This document shows positions 1 to 12,304 of a DNA stretch of 64,000 nucleotides, piece after piece. The position numbers and the translations under genes were made by a program. Below the pieces are notes generated by a model. It saw only the letters and a list, made by a program, of their open reading frames with translations, did no database searches and was not told the DNA's origin. How positions within the stretch are numbered: the stretch's first letter is position 1; the number at the start of each line of letters is the position of its first letter. The stretch lies in assembly GCA_003971905.1 (NCBI GenBank), contig RSEE01000126.1, positions 62,001 through 126,000 on the forward strand. Reading direction: 5' to 3'. This stretch comes from Moniliella sp. 'wahieum' (lineage: Eukaryota).

Positions 1-2341
1 CTGCTCAGTCCCTGCTCATCTGGAGGAGACTGTGCCTGTGGTGCCTGCATCCGCTCAGGCTCGGCTTGTAATGCACCTTGCATCGCCGTCCCTTTCGCTA
101 GCTCTTGTTCTTGGGTGCTCCACCTTCTGGCTGCAGGGTAGGTTCCTGCACCCCATCGGATCCCTCCTGCTCGCCGTCTTCCCCAACCGGCATGGCCACT
201 GGTACCTCCTCGACCAGCTCGGACACGGGGACATCCTCTACCGGCTTGCATGCTGGGACATCTTCTTTAGCTCGCTTCCACGGTTGCTTTTCCTCGCCTG
301 GGGACGGTTGGCCTCCCTGGCGACTGGGATGCTTGGTCATGTACCGACTCGCGAGGCCCTGAAGGGACGACGTCCGTGGGCAAGGCGACTGCGGGGTCGT
401 GGGCGAGCGGCGGGGGACGATACCATGTCGGGCTGCGGCGAGAGAGCAAATCGGTGTTGGATCTGGGCGTTGAGTGCATTGCCTGGGCCACTTGGCTCCA
501 CACGATCTCTCGGTGAACAAGGGGCTGAGACAGTGGCCATCGGAGGGGCAGACGTCCCACGCCGGCAGCTGATCCGGCAGTTCGGTCACCAGGGCCGCTC
601 ACACGGCTCCAACGTCCCCCCTAGACCGCTGGGCTGGTCACCAGGTCCCTCTTGCTGCGTGCGCTCGTGCTGCTTCAGCCACGGTTCCTCGTCCGAAACG
701 AACAGCGCAACGTTCGTCCACTCTCCCGTCTGGCCCGGAGCGCACCCCGAGCGACCGCCATCTTGCCCAAGCTGCGGCGAGAGAGGCGGCGCCTCCTCGA
801 CCCCTGGGGCAAGCATGGCCACGTCTTGCTGCGCGAGAGGCGCATGCACGGTGGGAAGGAGCGAAGGGGAAGGCTGGCTGAGCGCGCAGGGGGGAGGCAG
901 ACTGCAACGCCCACTGGGGGGAAGGGACGAACGCAGAGCCAAAGGACTGCTCAGGCTCTCGTCAATCTCTCGCTCGTCCGCGTCATCCTCCGCTTCCGGA
1001 GCCGCAAGCGAGACTTGGCTCGGTTGGGCGGCCTGTACGCCACCCAGCTCGTCCCAGTGGACATACGTCTCCTCGGGCGCGGGGGCATCGGAGAAGCGCT
1101 CTTGTTCCTCGTCGCCCTCGCCCTCGCTCTGGCCCTCGGCGTGAGCCTGGTGGGTGTCGTACTGCACTGGGCTGCCACGGCTGTTCCAGTGGGAGCCGGG
1201 GCGCGGCCACAGGCTCCATCCAGGACTGGAAGAGCTGCGCTTCGGTATGGGCAATGAGGGTGCGGGTGCGAAGGGAGGTGTGACGAGAGGATCTTTTGGG
1301 CGAAAGGCGCAGGGGAGAAGGCAATTGGTACCCCAACCCCAACCCCATTTCTGGTGCCGGAGGGCAGGTGGGGCAGGGGGGCAGGTGGGGCAGGTGGAGG
1401 GGGCGGGGGAGCGAGGAGCTCTGGTTCCCAGTCCATGGCCATATCGTCAGTTGCTACGGGCAGGGGATCAGGCAGCAAGGGGGGGTCCGTCTGTGTCCCC
1501 ACGGCCACGGCCACGTTCTCGTCGGCCGGCGCACGTTCCACGTCCGACAGCGACACGAATCCCTCGGCGGAAGCTGGGGCGGGAGCATGGCAGCCACATC
1601 CGCATGTGGTTCCTCGGACTTGTGGGGAATGTAGGAGATGCCCGTGACGATTTCGGGGGCAAAGGAGGCGCGTTTGCGCGGCGTTGGCGTTGGCGCAGGT
1701 TTGGCCGGCGTCTTGGTCGGGGACAGGGCACTTTTGCGCGGTTGGAGCGTCGGTGGTTCGAATGTCTGCGGTGGAGGGTCGGGCTGGGGGGGGGAGAGTC
1801 GAGCGGCGAGGTCCTGGCTTGTCGGTTGGTCGGTCGTCGCGGACCAGCGATTGGCCGCGCGCGCCAACAGGTCCCAGTCGGGCCCGGCGGGCGACGCGAT
1901 CTCCGCCACGCGACGAGTTCGGGATGGGGCTTGTTGGGGTGTTTGTGGCCGGCGGGCGTGGCGAGCGCGTCCATCTCGTGCTGCAGCAGCTCGGGTCGGA
2001 CCTTGCCGGGGCGGGATGGCCGTCGGGGTAGCGGAGGACGAGCTTGAGCCAGTCGATCTTGATCTGTCGCCCTCGTGGAGGGGGAAGGACTTGGAGCGCT
2101 TGGGCTCGGGCTGGTGGAGGGTGCCGTTGAGGTGGAGGCCATTGGCGCCATAGAGCTTGAGCCTTGCCTGGCCTGCCTGGCGTGGGTCGAAGCAGCTTGG
2201 CGTGCTTGGAGGAGACGCTCTCGTTCATCAGGCGGATGCTGCTGGCGGGCGAGCGGCCGATGGTGATGGCGGTGTGCTCGGCGTGGAAGCGGCGCTCCTT
2301 GCCGCCCACATCGAGCAGGACGTGGCGAAGACGTGCGACAT
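1..2341 (-). CDS. N-terminal FHA-domain protein with long low-complexity tail; runs off the left edge; frameshifted in the assembly
   Basis: ATG at 2341 gives MSHVFAT.. and then GGKERRFHAEHTAITIGRSPASSIRLMNESVSSKHAKL, which carries the FHA 'IGR' and 'S..HA' motifs. Pro/Ser/acidic ORF pieces continue downstream in alternating frames. Confidence 0.65.
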
Positions 2342-2436
2342 GGCGGTGGCGGGGGGGAGCAGGTGGGGGCGGGCGGGCCAGCAGCTGGGTGACGTTCTAT
2401 GCGCGTGCGCCTCCGTGACCGCGTCCCCCGCGCGCC

Positions 2437-2526
2437 CACGTGACAAGCACCCCCCACGTGACTGTTCGCACCCCCACGTGACTGGTCGCTCCCCCCACCA
2501 CACACACCCGCCCCCCGCATCACGTG
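2437..2526. promoter_or_regulatory. Cluster of four CACGTG E-boxes in a short divergent promoter
   Basis: CACGTG at 2437, 2455, 2475 and 2521. Three are in the context CCCACGTGAC. They lie between divergent starts at 2341 (-) and 2585 (+). Confidence 0.5.
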
Positions 2527-2584
2527 CCGCCCCCACACACGCCTGCTAGTCCTCCCCCCCCCCGCGCTCCTCACCGCCACCAGC

Positions 2585-3964
2585 ATGTCCTCCCCGCCGC
2601 TGACGCGCTGTGGACGCTGGGTTCTCCACCCTCGCCCACCCGCCCGCCCGCCGCAGCGCCTCCGCCCGGTCCCCTCCCTTCCGCCGCCGCCGTCACCGCC
2701 GCTGCCACCGTCGCTGCCCCCGTCGCTGCCCCCGCCGCAGCTGCGCGTTTCCGCCGCCCCAGCGGCTCCGTCGCCGTCCTCCAATCTGTCCTCGCCCTCT
2801 CCTCGCCCCCGTCCGCCCGCACCGCCTCCTCTTCCCCAGCCCCACCCGCTCCCTTGCCCGCCGCTCGTCCCGCACCACGCCCCCGACTTCGCCGCGCGCC
2901 GCGCCCCCCTGGCAGCTCAAGCCACTGCGGCACCGACCCACTTCGCTTCCGCCCTCCACCCCCCAAGGCACCGGGCGGCTGGATCATCTCCTCCCTCGCC
3001 TCCTCGCTCTCGCGTCTGGCAGCGAAAAGGTGCTGCTGCTGCTGCAGTATGGCGAAGCTACTCGCCGCCTTGCTGGTCGGGGCGGAAGCGTGTCTGGCCA
3101 CCGAACGACGCATCCCCATCGTACTCGTCCTCGTACCGCTCTGGACGGAGCGCGCCTGCGGCGGCTCAGTACGCTCGCTGGATCGGCGCACCTTATTTCG
3201 CGGCTGTGGGTAACGCTCGAGACGGTGCAACGTGTCCGACGCTGGTTTCTGGCCAGGTGGGATCGGCCAAACCGGCCTGGATGGAGCTGGTGCAGATGGG
3301 GTGTATGCTGCTCTCTGGCCCGCTTGAGGCGATGGCCTTGCTCTCCTTGTACCGCGTCCTGCCCATCGCACCACCTCTGCGCACACGTCTCGTCCACCTC
3401 GCCGCGCGGTTGTGGACCCTCTATTTGTCCCCCAATGTACCTATCTACTCCATTGGATTCGCTCGCGACCGATCTCTTCCCTATACCCTGTTTCTGCCCC
3501 ATCGGCTTCCCATCTCCCACTCCCTCCCCTTCTCCTTCTCCCTCCCCGTCCCTCCCCTTCGCGCGCTTTCGCTTCCGCCCTCGTCCTTCTTCCCTCCTGC
3601 CCTTCGACCGGGACACGACCGCGCCCTGCCTCGTGCGGGACCAACAACTCTCTCGTTTCTCGCCTTCCTCGCTTCTTCGCCTTCGCTTCCGCCCTCCGCC
3701 CCTCTCGCAGCGGAAGTATGGGCCACCGCGGCGTGCCTGCCCATCGCGGTACACTGGTACGTACTCTCTGGGGATTCGTCGTTGCTGATGTGGAGTGGAG
3801 CAGGCTGACTCTGTGCGCTGTGGGGGCGGGACTGGGGGGACGCGAATGGGCTGGACCAGGTCGGGACAGGTGCGGTGTCTGCCGAGTGGGCGCTGGGCGT
3901 GTGCGGGACCCTGGCGGCGTTGGCTGCGCTAAGGAAAGAGTGGTATGCCACACGCCTCGCGTAG
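2585..3964 (+). CDS. PEX11-family peroxisomal membrane protein (Pex11C-like)
   Basis: Joined frames read LALASGSEKVLLLLQY..AKLL, RTLFRLW, WMELVQ..GPLEAMALL, LWTLYL, ACLPIAVHW and the C-terminal GVCGTLAALAALRKEWYATRLA*. GT..AG intron at about 3757-3803. Confidence 0.65.
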
Positions 3965-4719
3965 GGCGCAGGCGACCTACGACAGGGAACGAACCTGGGC
4001 CAACGAAGGCACAGGGATGCGTTGAGCCTTTCTTTCCCTCCGCCTCTGCCTCGGCACGCGGTCCTTCCTTACCTATTTCCATCCCTCTATCTATCCTGAG
4101 TTGTATATCCTGACTTTCTCCCGCTAGGAATCCGACATGTGGCAGACAGGTGGTGGTTGGTGGTGGTGGTGACAGAGGCGAGTGGGTGAGGTGTGGGATG
4201 AGGGATGTGAGGGCGGGGCTGAAGCTGAGTGAACGCCGCCAGCCAGTTTGTTGTGCTCTTCGCGTTGATCGAACGGTGCGCCGCCGAGAAATAAATGTTG
4301 GGTGGCTGGTTGGGGCGGCCCCCGGCGCTCGGGCCTCGGCGTTCGGGCGTCGGGCGGGGGTGCGGACACGCGCCGCAAGACAGGCGCCGTGCCGCCCGGC
4401 GCTCGGCTCCCATCGGGCGTCGGGCGTCGGACAGGCACGGGCGCTACATTTCAAGGTGCAGTTACGCGCCCGTTGCGGCGGCGGCGACAGTGGGCTGGTG
4501 CACGTCCGCGGTGCTCGGCTGGCTGGGTGGCGCTGTGCCTGGCCCTGCGTTTCGCTTCCGCCGCTGCACCGCGCCAGTGTCCGATTATGCCCCCCCAGCA
4601 GTCCTCGCGGCGGCCGAGAGCCGCCTTGCTCGCCCACGTATAACTACCCACGCCCACCCCCCTCAGCCCATCCTGCCCCCGCTGCCCCCCCCCTGCTCCG
4701 CTCCGCCCAGCATCGGCCC

Positions 4720-6351
4720 ATGTCGACCCCTGCCGCCCCCACGCTGCGCCAGCGCCACGCGTCCTCACCCCGCCACGTCCGACGACGACGTCGGCAAGCA
4801 CACTCTCCCCCAGCTCCCCCGCGACGCTGCCACCGTCCCCCCGCCGCCGACGAGGGCGCCGCGACGAGATTGAGGACAACTACATCAGCAGGCCCTCCAA
4901 GCCGCCTGTGCTCGCGCCGTTTGAGTGGAAGAACATTCTCCATGAGCTCCAGTGGATCTCCTTCCTCGTGCTCACCGTCACCCCCGCCGTCGGGCTCTAT
5001 GGCTTCCTCACCACCTCGCTCCAGCTCAAGACGGCGGTGTGGATGGTGATCTACTACTTCTTCTCTGTCTTGGCATCACGGCGGGGCTACCAACCGTCTG
5101 TGGGCGCACCGCGCCTACTCGGCCAAGCCGCGCTGCAGTATGTGTTTATGTTGGCTGGCTCGTCGGCGGTCGAAGGCTCGATCCACTGGTGGTCCCGTGG
5201 TCACCGCGCCCACCACCGCTACACCGACACGGACCTGGACCCCTACACGGCTGCCCGCGGCTTCTTTTACTCGCACGTGGGCTGGATGCTGATCAAGCCG
5301 CGCCGGGCAATTGGCAGCGCGGACGTGTCGGACTTGCGGCGGAACCCGGTGGTGCAGTTCCAGCACAAGTACTACCTGCCTCTTCTGTTTTTGATGGGCT
5401 TTGGTGTGCCCACGTTGGTGGCCGGTCTGGGCTGGGGCGACTGGCGCGGCGGGTTCTTTTATGCTGGTGTGCTGCGTCTCGTGTTTGTGCATCACGCTAC
5501 GTTTTGCGTCAACTCGTTGGCACATTGGCTCGGCGAGGCTAGCTTTGACAATAAGCATTCCCGCGCGACCACATCATCACGGCGCTCGTGACCATTGGCG
5601 AAGGGTACCACAACTTTCACCACCAGTTCCCGGCCGACTACCGCAACTGCGTCGACATGCTCGGCTACGATCCTACCAAGTGGCTCATCTTTGGTCTGTC
5701 CAAGCTCGGTCTCACGTACAATCTGCAAATGTTCCCTGAAACGAAATTCGCAAGGGCCGGCTGCAAATGCAGCTCCTCCTCGCCAAGAAGGAACAGGACC
5801 GTCTTGCCTACCCTACCGAGATCCGTTCTTTGCCCATTGTGTCGTGGGATGAATTTGAAGAGGAGAGCAAGACGCGCGCGCTGATGGTCGTGGCGGGGAT
5901 TGTGCATGACGTGACGGCGTTCCAAGATGCGCACCCGGGTGGTCGCGCACTGCTTCGCAGCAAGGTGGGCAAGGATGCTACGACGGCATTTTGTGGCGGC
6001 GTGTACGACCATTCGAACGCGGCGCAAAATTTGTTGGCTACCATGCGGGTGGGCGTGATTGACGGAGGGTACGAGATGGCAAAGGATAAGATTGCCAAGC
6101 TCAAGGCGCGCAAGCAACTCGAAGCCGCCGATGCAGAAGGTACATCCGAAGCGACACGCAAGGCCATTGCCGAGGCTGAACGTGCTGTCGTCGCAGCCAA
6201 GGGCGTGGCCGAACAAGAACGCGTGCCCAACCAAACTGCTCTGGCGTACATTGTTCCGGGCCAAGCGTACGAGGTGGTAGAACACGCCAAACTCGAAACT
6301 AACTTGGTGGCCAACCGCAACGGAAGCAAGATTGGCAAGTTTTGGTGGTAA
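4720..6351 (+). CDS. OLE1: Delta-9 acyl-CoA desaturase with fused cytochrome b5 domain
   Basis: His boxes [15 protein letters not shown] and [21 protein letters not shown], and cytochrome b5 [12 protein letters not shown]; frameshifts near 4900, 5080, 5570 and 5740. Confidence 0.95.
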
Positions 6352-7342
6352 CTCGCCTCTCGGTCCCTCCCCACCCCCCCCCCCCTCCCCCCCTTATCCT
6401 CTTTCTGTAAAAAAGGACGAGCGGGAACTATGTTTCTATGCACCTCTCCCAGCACTCGTCTTGGGTACCAGAACTTTCATGCCTCCCCCCCCCCTCCCTT
6501 CTCTTCCTTCCTCTCCTTTCCCTTCTCATCCGGACCGACGACTCGGTACTTACCCACCCCCCCCTCTCGCATGGAGGCAGAACAAGACAAGGGCTCTGAC
6601 CTCTCGTACCGTTTTGTTACCTTGTGGACTCGGCTCCCTCTCTCGGGACACACTACTCATCACAGTGTGGCTTATCTGTGTCCTGCTGTATTCCCCTCCT
6701 GTCCATGTCATTGATGATCGCACCTCACCTGTCTCGCTTTTTGCATTATGGCACTGAATGCCCCGAGTGGCTCTTATCCCTCCATCCAGTCGAGCATGCA
6801 ATGCTTGTTTTCCCTAGTGCTCGACCCCCTCCCGCCCCTTGCTGGCGGATCGGGGCATGAACTGTAGCTATTGTTGCCGGAGGCTATCTACTCCTTGCGT
6901 CTGGCCGGTGACTGTGGTAACCTGCCCTGGGTCTACGAATCTAACTACTTAAGCAGACCAAGCTCTGGGTTCATATCTTACCGTCCGTAGGTTTGGCAGT
7001 TGGTGGAGCGTTGAACGTTGATGTCTGAAGCTTGACGCTTGATGAGCCTACTCCCTGCTATGAGGATCATAGATCAGATCACGAACTAGTCTACCTCCTA
7101 TTCAGAGTGCATGCCGTCCTCGGAAGAAATCGCGCCACGCCACTACCACTCTGGTGGTCCCCGTGGGCCTCGTTCCCCCACCATGGGCAAACAGTGTCCA
7201 ACGAGACGACATGCCCGACAATGTCAACGCCACGGCGCCTGCACGAAGCGAAGCGAGTATGCAATCACATTTCGCCCCTGCGCCATAGTAAACGGCGATG
7301 ATACGATACGAATTAGAGGGTGGCCCAGCAATATGGTGTGGT

Positions 7343-7832
7343 TTACGCCTCAAAGTCGTAGACAAACAGATCCTCCACCGTATCCTTGAGCGTCTCCTGC
7401 ATTCGGCATCGACAGTCAGTTTTTTTGTTTTGTTTGTGTTTTGTCGAATTTTTTCTTTTTTGTTGTCTGCTCGCACCGGCCGCGTTGGGAGCGCGACAAA
7501 GGGAGTAGATACGCACTGCAAAACCAAGGTGAACCGGGTCGTGACTGACATAAAAGTCGCGGTCAGCGGCCGAGGCAAAGGTAACGACAAACAGCGCATC
7601 AAACCCCTTGGCAAATCCCTCGGTAGAAGTGTTAGGCCCACCAACAATGTCCTGGATGTAGGGCACCAGTTCCTCCTGCACCTCCGGCCGGGGTGGCAAT
7701 GAGCATCGGCGCTGGCGGTTGGCTCTTCATGGCGCGGTGCTTGAGCGCAAGAAACTCCTCCTTGATGGCGGCGCGCTGGCCAGGCGTGATGGAGGACTTG
7801 TACTTGAGGGCGACCACGTGGATGATGGGCAT
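7343..7832 (-). CDS. Stress-responsive A/B barrel (Dabb) protein
   Basis: MPIIHVVALKYKSSITPGQRAAIKEEFLALK..PYIQDIVGGPNTSTEGFAKGFDALFVVTFASAADRDFYVSHDPVH..DLFVYDFEA*; probable intron near 7405-7515. Confidence 0.85.
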
Positions 7833-8332
7833 GGCGGGGGGGGGGGGGCGAGCGTCGAGGCGAGGGAGGAGGGGCAGGGCAGCGGCAGGGGCTGTACGGT
7901 GGAGTGGTGGGGGGGGGTGGAGTGGTCGGTGCGATTTGATTGGCTGGGCCATCACCTGCCCGCAGCCGCCGCCCAAAGCGGCCCGTGCGAGCCCAGGTGA
8001 AATGTGAAATTGCACGCGGCACGAGCGGTAGGGCTGCGCCAGAGCGCATCCCCGAGCGCAGTACGTAAGGCCCACCACCACGCATCACGTGAGCCACGCG
8101 CCACGTGACTGGGAGCGCCACAGCAATGGGCTCGAATGGATTAATGAGCTGGCGCGGGGAAGGCGGCGTTCTAAGCGACACGACTCGTCTCGCCCGTGGG
8201 GAAAGAGTTGCTTCGTCTCGCCAATGCGTCAAGAGTTGCTTCGGCGTCTCGCTAATGCGTAGTAGAGAGTCGCTCACCAGCAGCCGCATGGGCGTTCCAG
8301 CGCTTCGAGCGTCTGCCCCCACCACCACCACC

Positions 8333-11300
8333 ATGTCTGATGCCCCCAACACCCCCCGCGCCCCCATCCCCACCACCGCCTCTCCCCAGCGCCAACCCCC
8401 ACTTGCTCGTCTGGCCGGCGTCTCGCCCATCAACCGCCGCATGCAGCGCCAGCCTTCCGCAAGCCCCACCCACGCCGCGCCCCTCCCGCGCCAGCCTCCC
8501 AGCGTCGGCTGCAGCACCAGCCAGACAAGTGGGGGCAGCAAGAGCAAGAGCAAGACGAAGAAGAAGAGGAGGAAGAAGAAGAGGAGGAGGAGGAGGAGGA
8601 GGAGGAGGAGGACACCTCCCATACCTATTGTGTCCATCTCCCCGAGTCAAGCACCAATGGAGATGAGTCTTCAACGAGTGGATCGCCTTCCGTGCCAGGC
8701 TCTGTGTCGTCTCGGGCCCGGCATCCACCTTCGCCCCCCCAGTCTCCCACTTCTTCCCCCGCACCTTCTTCCCATACCGATTCTGTTAAGGAGACACAGA
8801 TGGCTTCCGTGGGAACCTCAGACCATCCCGCAGCCCATGTCCCCGTGGAAGCCAACACCGTCTTCCAGGCCAATTTGCCTTCTCACACCACCGTTACATC
8901 CGTACCATTAGCACCATTAGCAGGTGTTCGCCGAGATGACTCCATCCCTGTCCCGCAAGCCAGCACCACCTCCCCTCATCCATACCGTCATACTCCAGTC
9001 GGCACTACCCTCTCCTCTCAGCTCCCAAAGCAGCTCGTTGGCCCATCGTCCCAACCAATCCCCGCCAACACCACTGTCCCCATGTTCTCTCACATCCGAT
9101 CATCGCTTCTGTTTCCCCCGATTCTATTCACCCTATTGGCCAGCCGGCCCAACCGAAAGAGCACGAGCCACTTCCCCTAACGCACTCCCTTTCCCAAGCA
9201 GAGCCTCTCCCCTCTCATCCTCCCAGAAGCCTACCCATCTCCAGCATTCACATCAACTCTCTCTCCTGCCATCAAGAGGGGCCCCCTTTCTTCCACACGT
9301 ACGTACATCCTTCTATGCCATAGAGACTGTGCTCTCCCTCCCCCTCCCCACACAAGACATGCAGCTGACCCCCTGTGCAACAGATACAACATTGAGAACA
9401 AATGGAGTCTCGATCACAGCAGGCGTACGCAACACCCCGCCCGCGCGCACTAGCACGCCCCCCCCATCATTTGCCGTCCCCAAGTCGACCGTTACCCAAG
9501 AGGACATGAAACGCTATGTCTTGACGGAAACCACGAAGGACCAGCCGATGCGCCGTGCCACGCGCCGCTCAGCTGGCGGCGGCTATGACATCAACCCTCT
9601 TCATGCGCAACGTCACCCCTTGACGGAACGCAGCTCGTCCCCCAACGTACCGGTGCTCGAGGACGACGAACCAGGGAATCTGACCTTCCCCTTAGCCGCC
9701 CTTCCTGCCCCCCAGACAGAGAACCACATCGAACACTTGCTTGTCCCCTCGGTCGTTCCGCACAGCAATCGGGCACTGCGACGACAGAGCCTTAGAGACT
9801 GGCATGCCCTAGTCCGCCGTGCCCATGCCCACCCGGAAAGAAAACAGCCTTCATCCCCATCCGCCTCGTCCGTCTCGTCCGTCTCGTCCGTCTCGTCCGC
9901 GTCTAGACAACGAAACATCCACACCACCCCGCTCGACCGCAACGCGGCCGTCGACCATGGTACAGACCAAGAACAGTTGCCGCTCGACTATGATAAGGTC
10001 ATTGCACAGCACGACCAAGAACGTGACCCGGCTTTGGCGGAGCGGGACCAGGCTCAATCGGAGTCTGCTCGTCTCCGCGAACAGACGGACCAGTATACGC
10101 CCCAGGGAGTCGATGGGGCCCGCTCCACCGCCGCCCTCTCCTTTGACGGGGCCCAGCAAGCGCTTACCCAAAGCAGCGAACGCGGCACGTCCATCGTCCC
10201 GATCCAGAGCGAGGAGCTGACGGGCACCGATGGAGCGAAGGCAGAGGACCCAGCGCAGACCCAACAGCGTAAAGCGCAAGATGAGGAACCGGCTTGCGTC
10301 GGGACCGGGATGATCTCGATTACCGACCGGGCGGAGTGGGTTGAGGTGGAGCACGTACCGGTGGCCCAAGAGGGGGATACGGTCCAAATGGACTCCCTGG
10401 CTTTGGTCCCGCTTGATGCGCATGATCGGCATGATCCACATGATGAGCTTGAACCGCATGATCCGCATGATGTGGACCCATCCCACGTGCAGAGCGATGT
10501 GTTCCGAGGTGCCGGCCCGGCGCAGCTGGACACCATGATGCAGCAGCCTGCGAGTATGGTGCAGAGAGTGCAAAAGGAAGTACGTGCCAACGTCGAGCCA
10601 GATGATGGTGATGCGCATGAGGTCCCATCCCCCGCGACAGAGCTTGGTTCGGCCGCTACGGACCTTGCGCCGTGCAAATGGGCGCCTGGATCTGCTCAGA
10701 AGGAGCGTAGCGGGCCCAGAGCGGACCTTACATCTGCCCTGAAGAAACTTGCGTCTACCCAAGCGGAACTTCGGTCTACCAAAACGGACCTTGGAGCTGC
10801 ACAGACCGAACTTGAAGTTACCAAATTGGCCCTTGGATCGACCCAGGCAGAACTTACCTCTGCTCGGGCCGCCCATTCCTCGACTCGCGAGGCCCTTGTC
10901 TCCACCCGGGAAGCCCTTGCCTCTACCCGGGAGAATCTTGCGGCTACCCAAGCGGAACATGCGGCTACCCAAGCGGAGCTTGCGACTACCCAAGCGGAAC
11001 TTAGATCCACCGAACGGCACCGTGGAGCTGCTCAGAAGGAACTTGAAGCTACCAAATTGGCCCATGGATTTACCCAGGCAGAACTTACCTCTGCTCGGGC
11101 GGCACATTCCTCTGCTCGGGAGGCTCATGACGCTACTCGGGAGGCCCTCGCCTCTACTCGGGAGAACCTTGCCTCTTCGCAGGCACGGGTGGAAGAGGTG
11201 GGCAGCCAGCTGAGCCGGGCCAAGTCAGATTTTAAAGAGCTAAAAGAGCAAGTCACCTCGGCCCATGCAGAGCGGGACAAGGCCCAGACCGCCTTGGGCC

Positions 11301-12304
11301 AGATGGAAGCCCGATTGGCCCAGGCAGAACGAGTGGTGAAGAGACAAGAGAAGCGGATCAAGGATGCGGATGGCCGGGTGGCCTCGGTGACGGCACAGGT
11401 TGAAGAACAACGGAAGCACCTACGTGCCCAAGTGGACAAGGAACGTAACCGTGCCGACCAGGTGAAGGAAGACCGAGATCAAGCGCTGCGTGAGCGAAAC
11501 CAGTACCAAGAAGCATACCAAGAGGGAAATAAGGTATGTCGCGGTGGGGTGGGTTGGGACTGAATTGCGTTGCATCTGTTCTGCACCTCGGCTGCTCTTT
11601 GCGTGCACAAGGGGGAGAGACTGACTGAGGCTATTGCGGATACTCCACAGCGTCGTATTGATCTGTATACCAGAGTGGAGGAGACCAAGACAATGGCAGC
11701 GTCGTTGCTAACCCAAGTGGAGAGTGGGAAGGCGCAAGCGACCAAGTTGTCAACCACATTGATGGTGCAGGACAAGATGATGGGCAAGCAGACCACGTTG
11801 CAGAGAGAACGACGGAAACTCGGGGCCGACGTCGCGCAGTTAACGAAGGAGCTGCAAGAGGAGAGGGCGCGGTCGGCCGAACTGAGAATGGATGTCACGG
11901 CGCTGCAGGGCCGACTGGAGGTGGCCATGGCCAATGCGGCGTGGGCCAACGAAAAGAAGGCGATGGCAGAGGCCGAGGCGGAGTGGGCGCACGAAGCAAT
12001 GGAGGCGGCGGACCAAAGAGCCGCCCGAGCGATGACCCTAACGCAACAGACGGACGAGGAGCAGATACGGATCATTGAAACGCTTCTGGCGCACATTCGC
12101 TATTTGAAGGTGTGCCTGTTGCGCGCTTCGGACCAGCTCGCCGACGCGGCGTATGCCAAGGCATACGTGTGTATGAAGCTGGACCAGGCGGAGCGCACGC
12201 GGCAGGACTTGTTACATCTGGCGACGGAGATGTCGGGGGGCATGGTGGGGCCGGCCGAGCAGGAGCGGAAGAGGGCCCGCGAGAGCGGATGGTGGCGGCG
12301 ATGA
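8333..12304 (+). CDS. Large low-complexity and coiled-coil protein of unknown function
   Basis: ATG at 8333 (MSDAPNTP..), acidic tract at about 8540-8610, 879-aa ORF 8924-11563 with heptad repeats, GTATGT..CTGAC..CAG intron at about 11534-11650, and a coiled-coil exon ending at 12304. Confidence 0.7.
10750..11180 (+). repeat. Coding 21-nt (heptad) repeats with a 231-nt tandem duplication
   Basis: Repeated units such as GCTACCCAAGCGGAAC. The block GAACTTGAAG.TACCAAATTGGCCC occurs at 10808 and 11039, an offset of 231 nt. Confidence 0.85.

Noticed and set aside
9851..11128. 425-aa antisense ORF with apparent repeats
   Set aside because: Mirror of the coding heptad repeat on the + strand.
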